Below, in pieces: positions 1 to 12,773 of a DNA stretch of 59,489 bases. Location of the stretch: NCBI RefSeq assembly GCF_001194135.2, contig NC_068987.1:81925020-81984508 (forward strand). Reading direction: 5' to 3'. Every line of letters begins with the position of its first letter. Position 1 is the first letter of the stretch. The notes beneath the pieces are model-generated. The model saw nothing but the letters and a program-made list of their open reading frames with translations, was not told the DNA's origin and did no database searches. The DNA is from Octopus bimaculoides (taxonomy: Eukaryota). The position numbers and the translations under genes were made by a program.

Positions 1-272
1 TATATATATAAATACATATATATAAATATAAATACATATATATATATATAAATACATATATATAAATACATACATATATATAAATACATACATATAAATA
101 CATACATATAAATACATACATATAAATACATACATATAAATACATACATATATACATACACACATATATATATATACATACATATATATACATATATACA
201 TACACATATATATATATATATACATACATATACATATATATATACATATATACATACATACATATATATACA

Positions 273-368
<96 letters not shown>

Positions 369-420
369 CATATAAATACCTACATACACATATATATATA
401 AATACATACATATACATAAA
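1..420. repeat. Compound (TACA/TATA/TAAA)n microsatellite
   Basis: Continuous degenerate TACATATA units. Confidence 0.95.
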
Positions 421-1539
421 TACACAGAACAAAGGACACACGTGGCGGCGTTGAAAAAGATTCCAGAAAAAAGTATATACACATTTTATTTTTATTTATT
501 TATTTCAGAGCGAATGCATAATGAAAATGCGTCGATTGCAGTTCGAAAAAGCGATCAAATATTTATCAATCTAACGTCAAAAGCCATTTATTATATCTCT
601 CTCGATTTCCAGGTGTCCATAAAACAAGAGAATGAAAGAGACAAGGCATTTTGATAAGAACAAGCAGCTTAGGTGACATTCAATGAACACCATCGACTGT
701 CGGTCAACGCTTTTGGTTGATTGATAAACTATAGAGGAACTGAGGCAGCAGAGAAGAGATAAATTGTAAGGAAGAAGAAGCACTGGCGGAGACGACATTT
801 AGTAAACTGCTATGACAGTTATAGCAGCGGAGAACCGCCACATCTCCTCTCAAAAACAACATTCTACCGAAATTATTTTATAAAATAAGTCAGCCATTTT
901 TTAGAAGATTTTCGACAGAGACTTTGGTGATGCTTAGTTTTAATAAATATGGATAATAAACATAAATTAGGGGATTTATAAAAGGAAAAATATAAACGGG
1001 AAAATAGGGGAAGCAGATAAGAAGAAAAGAAAAAAATCTAAATGAATAAAACTAGGTTATAAGATAGCCATGTGCGAGATAACGAGATCAGTCGTGTTTA
1101 CTGCATGTTCTGGTGGAATTTGTTAGAGAAAAATGTTCAGATTTGTTATTTATTTACTCGATATTGAAGACAACATGTAGGAAGGTGATAACTTCGAAAT
1201 AAGATGGAGACTGGGTCACGCCGATCGGGAAAAAAAAAATACAGCATGACTGAAACAACGCTGTAGTTGTCGTGTTCTGTGGTGAATAAAGTAGAATATT
1301 TACACCTTAGCTTAACCAACAAACCATTTGCTAGCCTTTCGTATTAATATCGGTTATTAGTAGGAAGATAAAGAGTATAAAATCTGCCAGAACAATCTAT
1401 TTCATCTGCTATCAGTTAGAACATAAATGAAAATGACAAGCAGTATACCGGTAAATATGGCCGACCTCCGTCTCATACAAGCAATATGGACCATTATAAC
1501 AGCAACGATCACATAGAAAAAGATGATATTATTACATAC

Positions 1540-1657
1540 CTTCTGTTATTAATCGAGCAGCATGAGAAGAGGGAGAAAGTGATGTAACTTCGGCTTGAAG
1601 TTCATCAAGATATGTATTGTTTTGCATCTGTTGTTGAGCGTCTTCTTCAACCATCAT
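1540..1657 (-). CDS. KHDRBS: First coding exon of a KHDRBS/Sam68-SLM-like STAR-family RNA-binding protein (QUA1 dimerisation region); later exons lie left of the window
   Basis: Minus strand reads ATG...MMVEEDAQQQMQNNTYLDELQAEVTSLSPSSHAARLITE followed by G|GTATGT, a phase-1 donor at 1540/1539. This matches the KHDRBS N-terminus as I recall it ([26 protein letters not shown]). An in-frame TAA near 1741 and no earlier ATG in that frame make 1657 the first start. Confidence 0.85.
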
Positions 1658-1899
1658 TGCAATAGTACGTACTAATAAGCCGAAGGAATTAAACACACTA
1701 CTTGTGCAAGCTTTGTTGTAGTAATTTATATATCCGAATTACGACTACAGTAAGCTGTCGCGATTGTATAAAATCCGTTGTTATTTAGCACACAACGGAA
1801 AGCTGTTGGAAATATACAATTAGAATTTTGGTTTTTATATTAGTGACAATGTAGTAAATCTATTACTGCAAAGTTTTGAGTAGAATTACTTCAAATTAA

Positions 1900-2030
1900 A
1901 CGGCGAATGAATACACTGACTATTTTCCCGCCATTTCCAGAGCGTGATACTTGCATTACCAAGTGTAAATAGGGGCCCCGTGGTAGGGAAAAGGTTCAAA
2001 TCAAACCGCCATCTTCTGTGGCTATTTAAC
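1900..2030 (-). promoter_or_regulatory. Putative KHDRBS promoter/5' region with two YY1 motifs
   Basis: CCGCCATCTT at 2006-2015 and CCGCCATTT at 1928-1936 match YY1 consensus and read AAGATGGCGG/AAATGGCGG in the gene's sense. Region ~440-2030 is visibly CpG-rich and free of the repeat families seen elsewhere. Confidence 0.5.
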
Positions 2031-3128
2031 TATTGAAATCTCTGTTCTTCAATAAAAATTTGCAATGACCTTAACGGGAAATAAATGAATAAATTATTAG
2101 TAGTAGTCATGTTGTAAATAAAATGTTCCTTGTTTATATTTTGGCAACTGAACACCAGGATTATGAGTTAATAAAATTTACTGTTGAATTTTTCCCAATA
2201 AAATATTAAAGTTTTTTTTTTTTTTTTTTTTTTNNNNNNNNNNNNNNNNNNNNNNNNNNNNNNNNNNNNNNNNNNNNNNNNNNNNNNNNNNNNNNNNNNN
2301 NNNNNNNNNNNNNNNNNNNNNNNNNNNNNNNNNNNNNNNNNNNNNNNNNNNNNNNNNNNNNNNNNNNNNNNNNNNNNNNNNNNNNNNNNNNNNNNNNNNN
2401 NNNNNNNNNNNNNNNNNNNNNNNNNNNNNNNNNNNNNNNNNNNNNNNNNNNNNNNNNNNNNNNNNNNNNNNNNNNNNNNNNNNNNNNNNNNNNNNNNNNN
2501 NNNNNNNNNNNNNNNNNNNNNNNNNNNNNNNNNNNNNNNNNNNNNNNNNNNNNNNNNNNNNNNNNNNNNNNNNNNNNNNNNNNNNNNNNNNNNNNNNNNN
2601 NNNNNNNNNNNNNNNNNNNNNNNNNNNNNNNNNNNNNNNNNNNNNNNNNNNNNNNNNNNNNNNNNNNNNNNNNNNNNNNNNNNNNNNNNNNNNNNNNNNN
2701 NNNNNNNNNNNNNTGGCAGTCATGTGGCAGCATTCAGTCTCAACTTGAGCAATTGATGGTAACTCGCAACAATGTGGAATATATTCAGAAGAAAAAATAA
2801 ATAAATGAATAAACTAATTATATTCGAAGAAATATTATTCAGAAACTCTAAATTAAAATTTCTATTGTAAGTTCTTTCAATTCTTCTGACCATGGAGAAA
2901 TTAATTTCAAATTTGCTTTTGTTATAAAGCAATTATAGTTTTTAAACTTTTACTACATCATATCTTTAACCATATTTCCAATAAAATATACAGATTTATG
3001 AGTTTCAATTAATTTTGAATATATTTAAGAATTTAGCCATGTGGTGAAAAATGTTCTCTTCACATATATGTAATTTTGGTTTCCAACTGAATGTATGGTG
3101 CCTTAATTAAGTGTCTTTCTCCATTACC

Positions 3129-3282
3129 AGGGGCAGACTGAGAGTATTAAAGGCCCTCGGGCATAACTGTTTACCAGGCCCCTTAGCATTGATATCAGTA
3201 GAGTTAACATGTAGAGTGTAGGCCCCTCAGAGCTTCTGGCCTTCGGGCAGTGCCCGATTGACTGACAGCTCATTCCACCCCT
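3129..3282. mobile_element. Short MITE, PIF/Harbinger-like ends
   Basis: Imperfect 14-bp TIRs AGGGGCAGACTGAG / CTCATTCCACCCCT; no TSD recognised. Confidence 0.4.
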
Positions 3283-3672
3283 ATCCATAACTCTGAGTTA
3301 AGTAAACCAAATGGTTGAGGGAAAATGTGTAGAATCCTGCTAAATGTACCATTGCTATTTTTTAGTATAAGACTTTATTGTCCTGCTTAACCATGATAAC
3401 TTAATACAATATTGAATATATTATTCAGAAGTTTTCTAAATTGCAATTTATATCATTAATAAGTTGTTACAATACTTGGGACCAAAGAAAAATTTCAAAT
3501 TTTAAAATTCTCTTACATAGCAGTTATACTCTTTAAACTTTTTCTACATATTATATTTTAAACGGTCCATGGCCATATTTGCAATAAAGTATAAAGTTCT
3601 ATGTTGTTTGCATCTGAGGAATTTAGAATCTATGAGAGATGTGAAATAATTAATTTTGAATTAGATAAGATT

Positions 3673-4498
3673 CATCATCATCATCGTTTAACGTCTGCTT
3701 TCCATGCTAGCATGGCTTGGACGATTAGACTGAGGACTGGCAAACCAGATGGCTGTACCAGGCTCCAATCTGATCTGACAGAGTTTCTACAGCTGGATGC
3801 CCTTCCTAACGCCAACCACTCCAAGAGTGTAGTGGGTTCTTTTACGTGCCACTGGCATGAGGGCCAGTTAGGTGGTACTGGCAACGGTCATGCTCAAAAT
3901 AGTGTTTTTTACATGCTACCTGCCCGGGAGCCAGTCCAGTGGCACTGGCAACAACCTCGCTCAAATGTTTTGTTCACGTGCCAGTAAGGCGATGCTGGTA
4001 GCTATATCGCTCAAATGGTGCTTTTGACGTGCCACCGCCATGCAAGTCAGACCGCTGCTCTGGCAATGATCCCACTGAGATGGCGCTGTTAGCACTCCAC
4101 TGGCACGGGTGCCAGTCATCGANNNNNNNNNNGTCATGCTCAAAATAGTGTTTTTTACATGCTACCTGCCCGGGAGCCAGTCCAGTGGCACTGGCAACAA
4201 CCTCGCTCAAATGTTTTGTTCACGTGCCAGTAAGGCGATGCTGGTAGCTATATCGCTCAAATGGTGCTTTTGACGTGCCACCGCCATGCAAGTCAGACCG
4301 CTGCTCTGGCAATGATCCCACTGAGATGGCGCTGTTAGCACTCCACTGGCACGGGTGCCAGTCATCGAATTTGATTCAATTTCGATTTCATTTGCCCCAA
4401 CAGGTCTTCACAAGCAGAGTGTAGTGTCCAAAGAAGGAAAGAAACGCATAAGTGGGCTGGCTACACCCCTGGTAAAGGCCACGGGTTATGGTCTCACA
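3673..4498 (-). mobile_element. RTE LINE 3' UTR (5'-truncated) with (GAT)n tail
   Basis: Reverse complement of the terminus seen at 54200-54363 plus internal ~60-bp modules; contains a 10-N gap. Confidence 0.8.
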
Positions 4499-4519
4499 AG
4501 ATTATAAATGTAAAATGTA

Positions 4520-4880
4520 AAAGGCCCATGTCTCACTACAATGTAACAGCACAGTTCAAACACAAGTATCCTACAATCTGCCCTTCACTCTTAGGGGAAG
4601 ATATCATTGTTGCCAACAATGGTAGTAGTTACCTGAACTTTCTCCAAATAGTTCATACTCTAGCCACTGTACTTTCAGAATAATCACCTCCTTTGCTAAT
4701 TACATCTTCTAGGAAACAAAAGCAATCAACTGCTTCTAATAAGACACATTTTCAGGTGTTCTTGCATGCTCTGCTTCAGTGTGTCTATTGCAGATGAAGC
4801 TTACATTTTTGTATAGTTTGTCAGTGGTTCTTGTACATCTCTTGTGTGTCCATAGCAGTGGTAGCTTGCAGATAAAATTT
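4520..4880 (-). pseudogene. Degraded RTE reverse-transcriptase C-terminal fragment including PHD-like insert remnant
   Basis: Minus strand gives LWTHKRC...FICNR...LEAVDCFCFLEDVISKGG..ESTVARV*TIWRKFR*LLPLL, homologous to 53200-53500. Confidence 0.6.
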
Positions 4881-5997
4881 TAACCGTTGTTTTAATATTG
4901 TGTAAAAGAAACAGACATATAAACAGAAAATTTATACATAAACTTGATCAGTTTGCAATCTAACCACTGCTGGGTAGCGGGTTTAATTTGTTCACTGAGC
5001 ACTGCCGTGAATTCCCCCTTTTTTTTAAATCTCCACTTAAATCATAAAATAGGGGATGGAAATCTGCCCTATTTTTCAAATCCTGGCAGCAACACTGTAG
5101 CTGGAAGCAGGATAATAGTCTAATTCTACACTTTATCCCATTCAAGAATGTAAACATGTTTTTTTAAGCACAACATACACAGAGTGAAAAAGAAATACTA
5201 CCTTTCACTCAGCACTACACGAACCAAAGTGCTCTCTCTCTCTAGCATGAAGCTTCCTATCTCAGATATGTGAGCATGCACACAACAGCCAAACACTGCG
5301 TTGCTGGAACTGTGTCATGCTGAATCTCCTCCGAGAGCTACGTTAAGGGTACACATGTCTGTGGAGTGCCCAGCCATTTGCACGTTAAATTCACGAGCAG
5401 GCTGTTCCGTTGATCAGATCAATTGGAACCCTCGTCGTCATAACTGATGGAATTCCACATACATACATGATCCTTTTATTTAGCAACATCAGCAAATGAT
5501 CTCTGAGTCATGCTGAGATGATTATGTTTTGCTGATGAGACCCAATAAGACTGAAATATGTCTGTTACTTTCACCTGTAGGTTTACATAGAAGATACATT
5601 CTTGATTACATTGTGTCTATTTTCCAAAAATTGGGATTAACTAATTATAGAAGTTATCTCCCTTGTTATTATTTTCTATTTTTTTAAATACCTCTTCTTT
5701 TATCATTTTTTTACTAGGTTCGACTTTCATACTGTGGCCATGCTGTAGCTCCAGTTTGAAGGGTTCAGTTGCACAAATCAACTAAAGCCTGGTATTTATT
5801 CCTATCAGTCACTAAGTTATCGGAATGTAACCCATACCACTTGTCAACTGATGGCTGTGATAGAACAGACAGAGACTAAGGCAAACACACAGAGATATAT
5901 ACACACACGCATGCATGCACACACACGTCTTCTGTCTGTCTGTCTGTTTACATATATGTATATGTGTATATACAAGAGTAAAGGGTAATTACCCACT

Positions 5998-6313
5998 TCT
6001 GTCATGAATGACCATGGGATTGCACCTAGAAAGTTACCCTCCAAGGCACACATTCAGGCAAGATTGTTTATGGAAGACCAGCAGTCACCCATGCATACCA
6101 GCCCCTGCCTTCCTGTGCCACTGATGTTATCCAAAAGAAAGGCAAAGACCAATACAGCTTGGCACCAGTGACATCGAAACTCATTTCTACAGCTGAATGA
6201 ACAGGAGCAAAGTGAAATAAAGTGTCTTAGTCAAGAACACAAAACACAGCCCGGTCTGGAAATTGAACTCACTACCTCTTGATTGTGAGCCAAACACTCT
6301 AACCACAGAGCCA
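5998..6313 (-). mobile_element. tRNA-derived SINE, family B
   Basis: Reverse complement of the 24261-24595 copy, including the A/B-box-like head. Confidence 0.75.
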
Positions 6314-6321
6314 TATATATA

Positions 6322-6613
6322 TACACGTATATAAAGGATGACCACTAGGTGGACATCCAATATGCTAGAAAGAGGTCATCAACGACCCAACCACAAAGAA
6401 AAATAATTTTCTCCAGAAAAATTTCGCAAAAACACCAGAACAGAACAAAATGAGAAATATACGGAATATTCCGTATATTTCTCATTTTGTTCTGTTCTGG
6501 TGTTTTTGCGAAATTTTTCTGGAGAAAATTATTTTTCTTTGTGGTTGGGTCGTTGATGACCTCTTTCTAGCATATTGGATGTCCACTTAGTGGTCATCCC
6601 TTATACACGTGTA
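6322..6613. repeat. 292-bp palindrome with no spacer
   Basis: Centre CGGAAT|ATTCCG at 6467/6468; 146-bp arms with 3 mismatches (6329/6606, 6335/6600, 6348/6587). Confidence 0.95.
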
Positions 6614-6725
6614 GTACAATTTTTTCTGAATTCTCAGATATTTTTATATGCTAGGCCACTTGGTTTTAAATTGAATTAATATTTAATTCAACACCCAATC
6701 TATATAAATATATATTTATATATAT

Positions 6726-7090
6726 TGTTGTTGTTGGCACTCCGTCGCTTACGACGTCGAGGGTTCCAGTTGATCCGATCAATGGAACAGCTTGCTCGTG
6801 AAATTAACGTGCAAGCGGCTGAGCACTCCACAGACATGTGTACCCTTAACGTAGTTCTTGGGGATATTCAGTGTGATACAGTGTGACAAGGCTGACCCTT
6901 TGAATTACAGGCACAACAGAAACAGGAAGTAAGAGTGAGAGAAAGTTGTGGTGGAAGAGTACAGCAGGGTTTGCCACCGTCCCCTGCCGGAGCCTCATGG
7001 AGCTCAATAAACACTCACAACACCCGGCCTGGGAATCGAAACAGCAATCCTATGACCACGAGTCTGCTGCCCTAACCACCGGGCCATTGT
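6726..7090 (-). mobile_element. tRNA-derived SINE, family C
   Basis: Reverse complement of 11549-11921, with (CAA)n tail. Confidence 0.8.
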
Positions 7091-7237
7091 GATACATATA
7101 TATATANNNNNNNNNNNNNNNNNNNNNNNNNNNNNNNNNNNNNNNNNNNNNNNNNNNNNNNNNNNNNNNNNNNNNNNNNNNNNNATATACACATACACAC
7201 ACATATATAATCTTTATATATACACATATATCATCTA

Positions 7238-7271
<34 letters not shown>

Positions 7272-7801
7272 TTATCTCTAAGTTTTATCAGCTGAGATGA
7301 ATATGATTCAGTGATGAGATTTAACAAAGTTGAAAAGTGCTTGTTACTTTTATTGGGTTACTTTAAAGACAAAAATTACTCTTTAACAGCATTATTTTTA
7401 TTTTTGTCATCATTGTTGTGGTGGTCATGGTAGTCATCATTATCTTATGCATATTTTCCATGCTTCCATGGACTCGTCAAATCACCATGGCTAGAGTCAA
7501 CATGTATTTGGAGGTGCTATTCATGTAGGTGGCTCTGGACACCTCCTATTCTTGCTCACATTGTATTTTTGGTTTAGATTTACATAGCTGGACGCTCTTC
7601 CTAATATCAACCACTTTACAAAGTTTATGAAAAGAAGTGGCATGGCCTCTACAAGGCTAAAAAGTTCCCAAAATCTCCTCACACTTTACAGAGTGCATTT
7701 TAGTAATTTTTTATGCCACTAACACTATAGAGATAGCCATGTGTAGCCGACCTTGACTCAACCTTGTCTGTCTGCTTGCTCACCAGCCTTTTTTTAGGGT
7801 G

Positions 7802-7803
<2 letters not shown>

Positions 7804-7889
<86 letters not shown>
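7804..7889. repeat. (GA)n microsatellite
   Basis: Pure GA run. Confidence 0.98.
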
Positions 7890-7892
<3 letters not shown>

Positions 7893-8051
7893 GTGATAAG
7901 AGGAGCAGAGATAGGGGTGTTCTGGATTCTGAGGCTGTATGTTAATTCAAGATAATCCACCATGACTCAGATGGCAATGGCAGATAAGAAAAATCTATGT
8001 GACCCAGGAAATAGAAAAAATCTCAGAGGTTTTTACACTCCAGAAATTCAA

Positions 8052-8400
8052 CACAGGCGTGGTTGTGTGGTAAGAGATTTGCTTCCCATCTACATGGCTC
8101 TAGGTTCAGTCCCACTGCATGGCACCTTGGGTAAGTGTCTCCTACCAAGCCTCAGGTGGGCCAAAATTTTTTCAGTAGATTTGGTAGATGGAAACTGAAA
8201 AGAAGCCCATTATATATATGTGTATGGTGTTGGTGTATTTACGTCCCTGTAACGTAGTGGCTCGGCAAAAGAGACCAGTAGGATGTGTACAAGGCTTAGG
8301 AAAAACAGTACTGGGGTTAATGGTTGATTCATTTGACTAAAAGTTCTTCAAGAAAGTGCCCCAGTATGGCCACAGTCTAATGACTGAAACAAGTAAAATA
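8052..8400 (+). mobile_element. tRNA-derived SINE, family A (degraded)
   Basis: Head GGTTGTGTGGTAAG...GGTTCAGTCCCACTG and tail GACTGAAACAAGTAAAA. Confidence 0.7.
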
Positions 8401-8473
8401 TAGAAAAAAAAACCCCTAAGATTAACTGATATTAGTAAAGTTACCTCCCTTGCTCCTTGTGTTTAGATTTTAA

Positions 8474-8690
8474 CCTTTTTACACTTAACCACACCTGACC
8501 CCAATATTCTATCTGTTTTATGTTCAGACTGACCACATTTAACCTCTCACACCGACCCTACAATGTCATTCTAAAAATAAACAATCACATCACTGAAATT
8601 TCAAAGCAACAAAATAATGCAAGATTAATTTTTTTTTAAATGTGAACAAATAAACATTACATTTGACAGAATAATTTGAATGTTAAAGGG
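8474..8690. mobile_element. piggyBac-like MITE (degraded)
   Basis: TTAA-CCTTTT...AAAGGG-CTAA ends; similar in reverse to 23619-23839. Confidence 0.55.
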
Positions 8691-9222
8691 CTAAATACTC
8701 ACTGGAGGGAGGTTTTATCTTCTTATTGCAAGGATAATCTCAGTAAATCAAAGTTTTTGCAACTCACTTCTTTACAATTATGAGACTACCATATGTGTAT
8801 TTAGCATGCAGGATGCTCCCCAGAGCTATTTTCTCTCAGGCTTATTGTTGACACATCTTTTATTAGCATATTTCATAATCTATTTCTGCCAAATTCTACT
8901 ACTTCCCTGTTAATTGTATATTTATATAAGATGCCTAAGACTTCCCCGTATTTTAATAAGATTCAGCTCAACCAACATCAGTTTAACATATAAAAACATT
9001 TTAACTGCCTTAGATCATCTATTATTAATTACTTCTAAATTCGTTATTTTGCCAAATAATCAATATTTGGGGTGTCTTTTTTACCTGGTTTATATTCTTA
9101 GAAAATTAAGTAACATGTGTTTCTAAAAACCATAAATTCAAGATATCAAATTGTACCTTTTAGATGCTTATATTCTGCTGCTCTGAGCCAAGTGTTGGAA
9201 TTTCTGTGTGGTTTCTCAAGAT

Positions 9223-9623
9223 ACTCTTTTACTTGATTCAGTCATTTGACTGCAGCCATGCTGGAGCACCGCCTTTAGTCGAGCAAATCGACCCCAGGAC
9301 TTATTCTTTGGAAGCCTAGTACTTATTCTATCGGTCTCTTTTGCCGAACCGCTAAGTTACAGAGACATAAACACACCAGCATCGGTTGTCAAGCAATGTA
9401 GGGGAGACAAACACAGACACACAAACACACATACACATATATATATATATACATATATACGACGGGCTTCTTTCAGTTTCCGTCTACCAAATCCACTCAC
9501 AAGGCTTTGGTTGGCCCAAGGCTATAGTAGAAGATACTTGTCCAAGGTGCCACGCAATGGGACTGAACCCGGAACCATGTGGTTGGTAAGCAAGCTACTT
9601 ACCACACAGCCACTCCTATGCCT
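9223..9623 (-). mobile_element. tRNA-derived SINE, family A (near full length, internal TA/CA microsatellite)
   Basis: High similarity to the 21671, 26925, 56196 and 57328 copies. Confidence 0.85.
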
Positions 9624-10185
9624 AAAATAACAATGAAAACACCTCAAATTACATCATTCATTCTCAGAAAGGATGTCATGTAGTCCTAGATACATTGTCT
9701 AAGAATAAGACCAGATGGTTAGGAATGGAATGCTTTGACCATGTGTATATGTATGTCTGTGTGTGTGTGTGTGTGTGTGTACCGTTAAACTGACTTCAAA
9801 AGATAGTTGTAAACAAGTCCCACTATCATACAAGCTAAGTTTTTTATTCCTAGTTTTCAGTGGAAAACATGGGGAAATATTGCCTTTCTCGGAAACAGAT
9901 GAGGGTTGCTGACAACCAGGGCACCAAACTCCAGAAAATCTGCCTCAACAGATTCCATTTGACGCATGCAAATACTCAAAGGTGGATGATGATGATTGTG
10001 ATGTTGACAACATATATGACTATGCACGTATGTATATGCATGTGTGTATGTGTATGTCATTATTCAGTTTATTTCTAGATTTCTTACCAATAGAAAAAGA
10101 ACTGGTTTCTAACCTAGATTCAAGGTATTTTTGTTTGTATGTATGTATGTATGCATGTATATGTATATATATGTATGCATATATA

Positions 10186-10248
<63 letters not shown>

Positions 10249-10332
10249 CCATGAGCGTTAGAGGTTGGTAAGCCTACCAACAAAGGGATAGTACCTATCC
10301 AATATACTGCTGGTAGTGTACCCAATTATAAT

Positions 10333-10577
10333 TGGCATGTAAAAAGCACCATTTGAGCATGGTTGATCCCAGTGCTGCCTGACTGGCCCCCATGCTGGTG
10401 GCACATAAAAAGCACCCACTACACCCTTGGAGTGGTTGACAATAGGAAGGGCCTCCAGCAGTAAAAACCTCACCAGATCAGATTGGAACCTTGTGCAGCC
10501 CCTTGGCTTGCCATTCCTCAGTCAAACCGTCCAGCCCATGCCAGCATAGGAAGCAGACGTTAAACGATGATGATGAT
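10333..10577 (+). mobile_element. RTE 3' end with (GAT)n tail
   Basis: GGAAGGGC...CCATGCCAGCAT...GTTAAACGATGATGATG terminus. Confidence 0.75.
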
Positions 10578-11180
10578 TATATATTTGGTTAATGAGAGAC
10601 GGAAGATGAAAGATATGAGAACTTTTATTAATCTGTACTGTTCTGTGATGGTAACATCAACCAAAAAAGTACGCCATCTGGTGAGAGATAATTATTATTT
10701 GATAGACACTATGCATGTTTTTATGTGCTACTAATAGTTTCATATGTTGAGAAATAACTCAAACATACTCATCAGGCACAAACTAAATATCATAATAAAC
10801 TATAGATTGAATGAGAGAAGAAATGGCAAAAGCTGAGAAGGAAGCAAATAGAAAATGTTCTGCATGCCCACTCCTTCTCTGAGCTGAGAGGTCATTGTCT
10901 CACAAGTTACTTTTGTGTGCCACCTGGTGCTGGGACCATGAAAAATGAACCAGTGCTGGTGCCACATAAAAAGTAGTCAGTATACTCTGTTAAGTGGTTG
11001 GCACTTTGGAAGTGTTTAGAAGGGAATCCAGCTGTAGAAACCATGCCAAAACAGACAATGGAGCTTGGTGTAGTTCCAACTCCTGTCAAGTTGTCCAACC
11101 CATGCCAGCATAGAAAACAGACGTTAAATGATGATGATGAAGCGGATGAAATATTTATACATATACATATATATACATAG

Positions 11181-11490
11181 TGAAGGCTCAGTGGTTAGAG
11201 TGACAGGCTCACGATCATGAGGTAGAGAGTTTGATTCCTAGACCAGGCTGTGTGTTGTGTTCTTGATCAAGACACTTTATTTCACATTGCTCCACTTCAT
11301 TCAGTTGTAGAAATGAGTTGCAGCATCACTGGTGCCAAGGTATATCGGTATTTGCCTTTCCCTTGGATAACATCAGTAGTGTGGAGAGGGGAGGCTGGTA
11401 TGCAAGGGCAACTGCTGGTTTTCCATAAACAACCTTGCCCAGACATGTGCCTTGGAGGGTAACTTTCTAGATGCAACCCCAAAGGGGATT
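11181..11490 (+). mobile_element. tRNA-derived SINE, family B
   Basis: GGCTCAGTGGTTAGAG A-box, GTTTGATTCC B-box, body matches 24261. Confidence 0.75.
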
Positions 11491-11548
11491 GATATAAAAG
11501 GGTAAAGACCAAAGAGGTCTTTACCCTTTTATATATATATATACACAT

Positions 11549-11921
11549 GGAGACGCAATGGCCCAGTGGTTAGGGCAGCAGATTCGCAGTCGTGGAATCG
11601 TGGTTTTGCTTCCCAGACTGGGCGTTGTGAGTGTTTATTGAGCAAAAACACTTAAAGCAACACAATGCTCTAACAGGGGCGTGGGGTGGCAAACCCTACT
11701 GTACTCTTTCACCACAACTTTCTCCCACTCTTTCTTCCTGTTTCTGTTGTACCTGTAATTCAAAGGGCCAGCCTTGTCACACACTGCGTCATGCTGAATC
11801 TCCCCGAGAACTACATTAAGGGTACACATGTCTGTGGAGGGCTCAGCCATTTGCACGATAATTTCACGAGCAGGTTGTTCCATTGATTGGATCAACTGGA
11901 ACCCTCGTCATCGGAGTGCCA
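11549..11921 (+). mobile_element. tRNA-derived SINE, family C
   Basis: GGAGACGCAATGGCCCAGTGGTTAGGGCAGC head; body shared with 6726-7090 and 5290-5458. Confidence 0.8.
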
Positions 11922-12773
11922 TAGTAATATATACACACACATGCACTCAGACACACACATGGCATGTTTCTGCTCCACTTCTTTGTACCAAATAACACTC
12001 ATAACACATTGGTCATTCCAATGTTAAAGTAAAAGATACTTATATGAAATACTAGACCATAGAATTGAACCATGTATTTGCGAAGTGAAGTTCGTTAAAC
12101 AAAGCATAGTCTATAAGTTTTTTTCAATAAATAAATAGAACAAAATTTTCAAAGAAAAATAATACAAAAATTTTTTTACAAACGACAAAAACAAAAAACA
12201 AAAAGCAATGAAACATTTCGACAACAAAGCAATTTCAAGAATGTCAAAGTTTAGCACCAAATATTAACTCAATCGTTGATCTATTCAAAAAATGCTTGTG
12301 TCTGCTAATAAGAAAATGTTAAGCTAGCTCTTCTGTCCAATATAAATGATACAGTATTGATGGTTATTTTTGTTTCAATAAAATTACCATATTAAGGTTG
12401 AAGACAAGAGAGGTATGGATGTAGATCTCTATTATGGAATAGAAGAGACCAGAGATGAAGTAAAGGGAAACTCGAATTAGTCAGGTCAACAGCTTAAGAA
12501 CTGAATTTTTTCTTTCAGAGTGAACAAAATACTGTTATTATAATTCTACTTTGGATTTATTGTTTATATTTTAATTGTTTCATCACTGGACTGTGGCCAT
12601 GCTGGTGCAGCACCTTGAAGAGTTTAGTCAAACTTAGGCTTTTTCTATCATTTCCTTTCGCTGAACAGCTAAATTACAGGGACACAAACAAGCTAACACT
12701 GATTGTCAGCCAGTGGTGTGGCACAAACACAAGTATAAACACACACACACACACAGATATATATATGTATATA

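Noticed and set aside
577-612. EIER-like peptide on the minus strand as KHDRBS exon 2
   Set aside because: No AG acceptor at the required position and a stop follows within a few codons with no KH similarity.
3887-4368. 236-bp exact tandem duplication
   Set aside because: Identical copies separated by a 10-N gap; most likely unmerged contig overlap.
10264-10300. Twin hairpins GTTGGTA/TACCAAC and GGATAG/CTATCC as a ribozyme
   Set aside because: No CUGANGA or GAAA core in the right positions.
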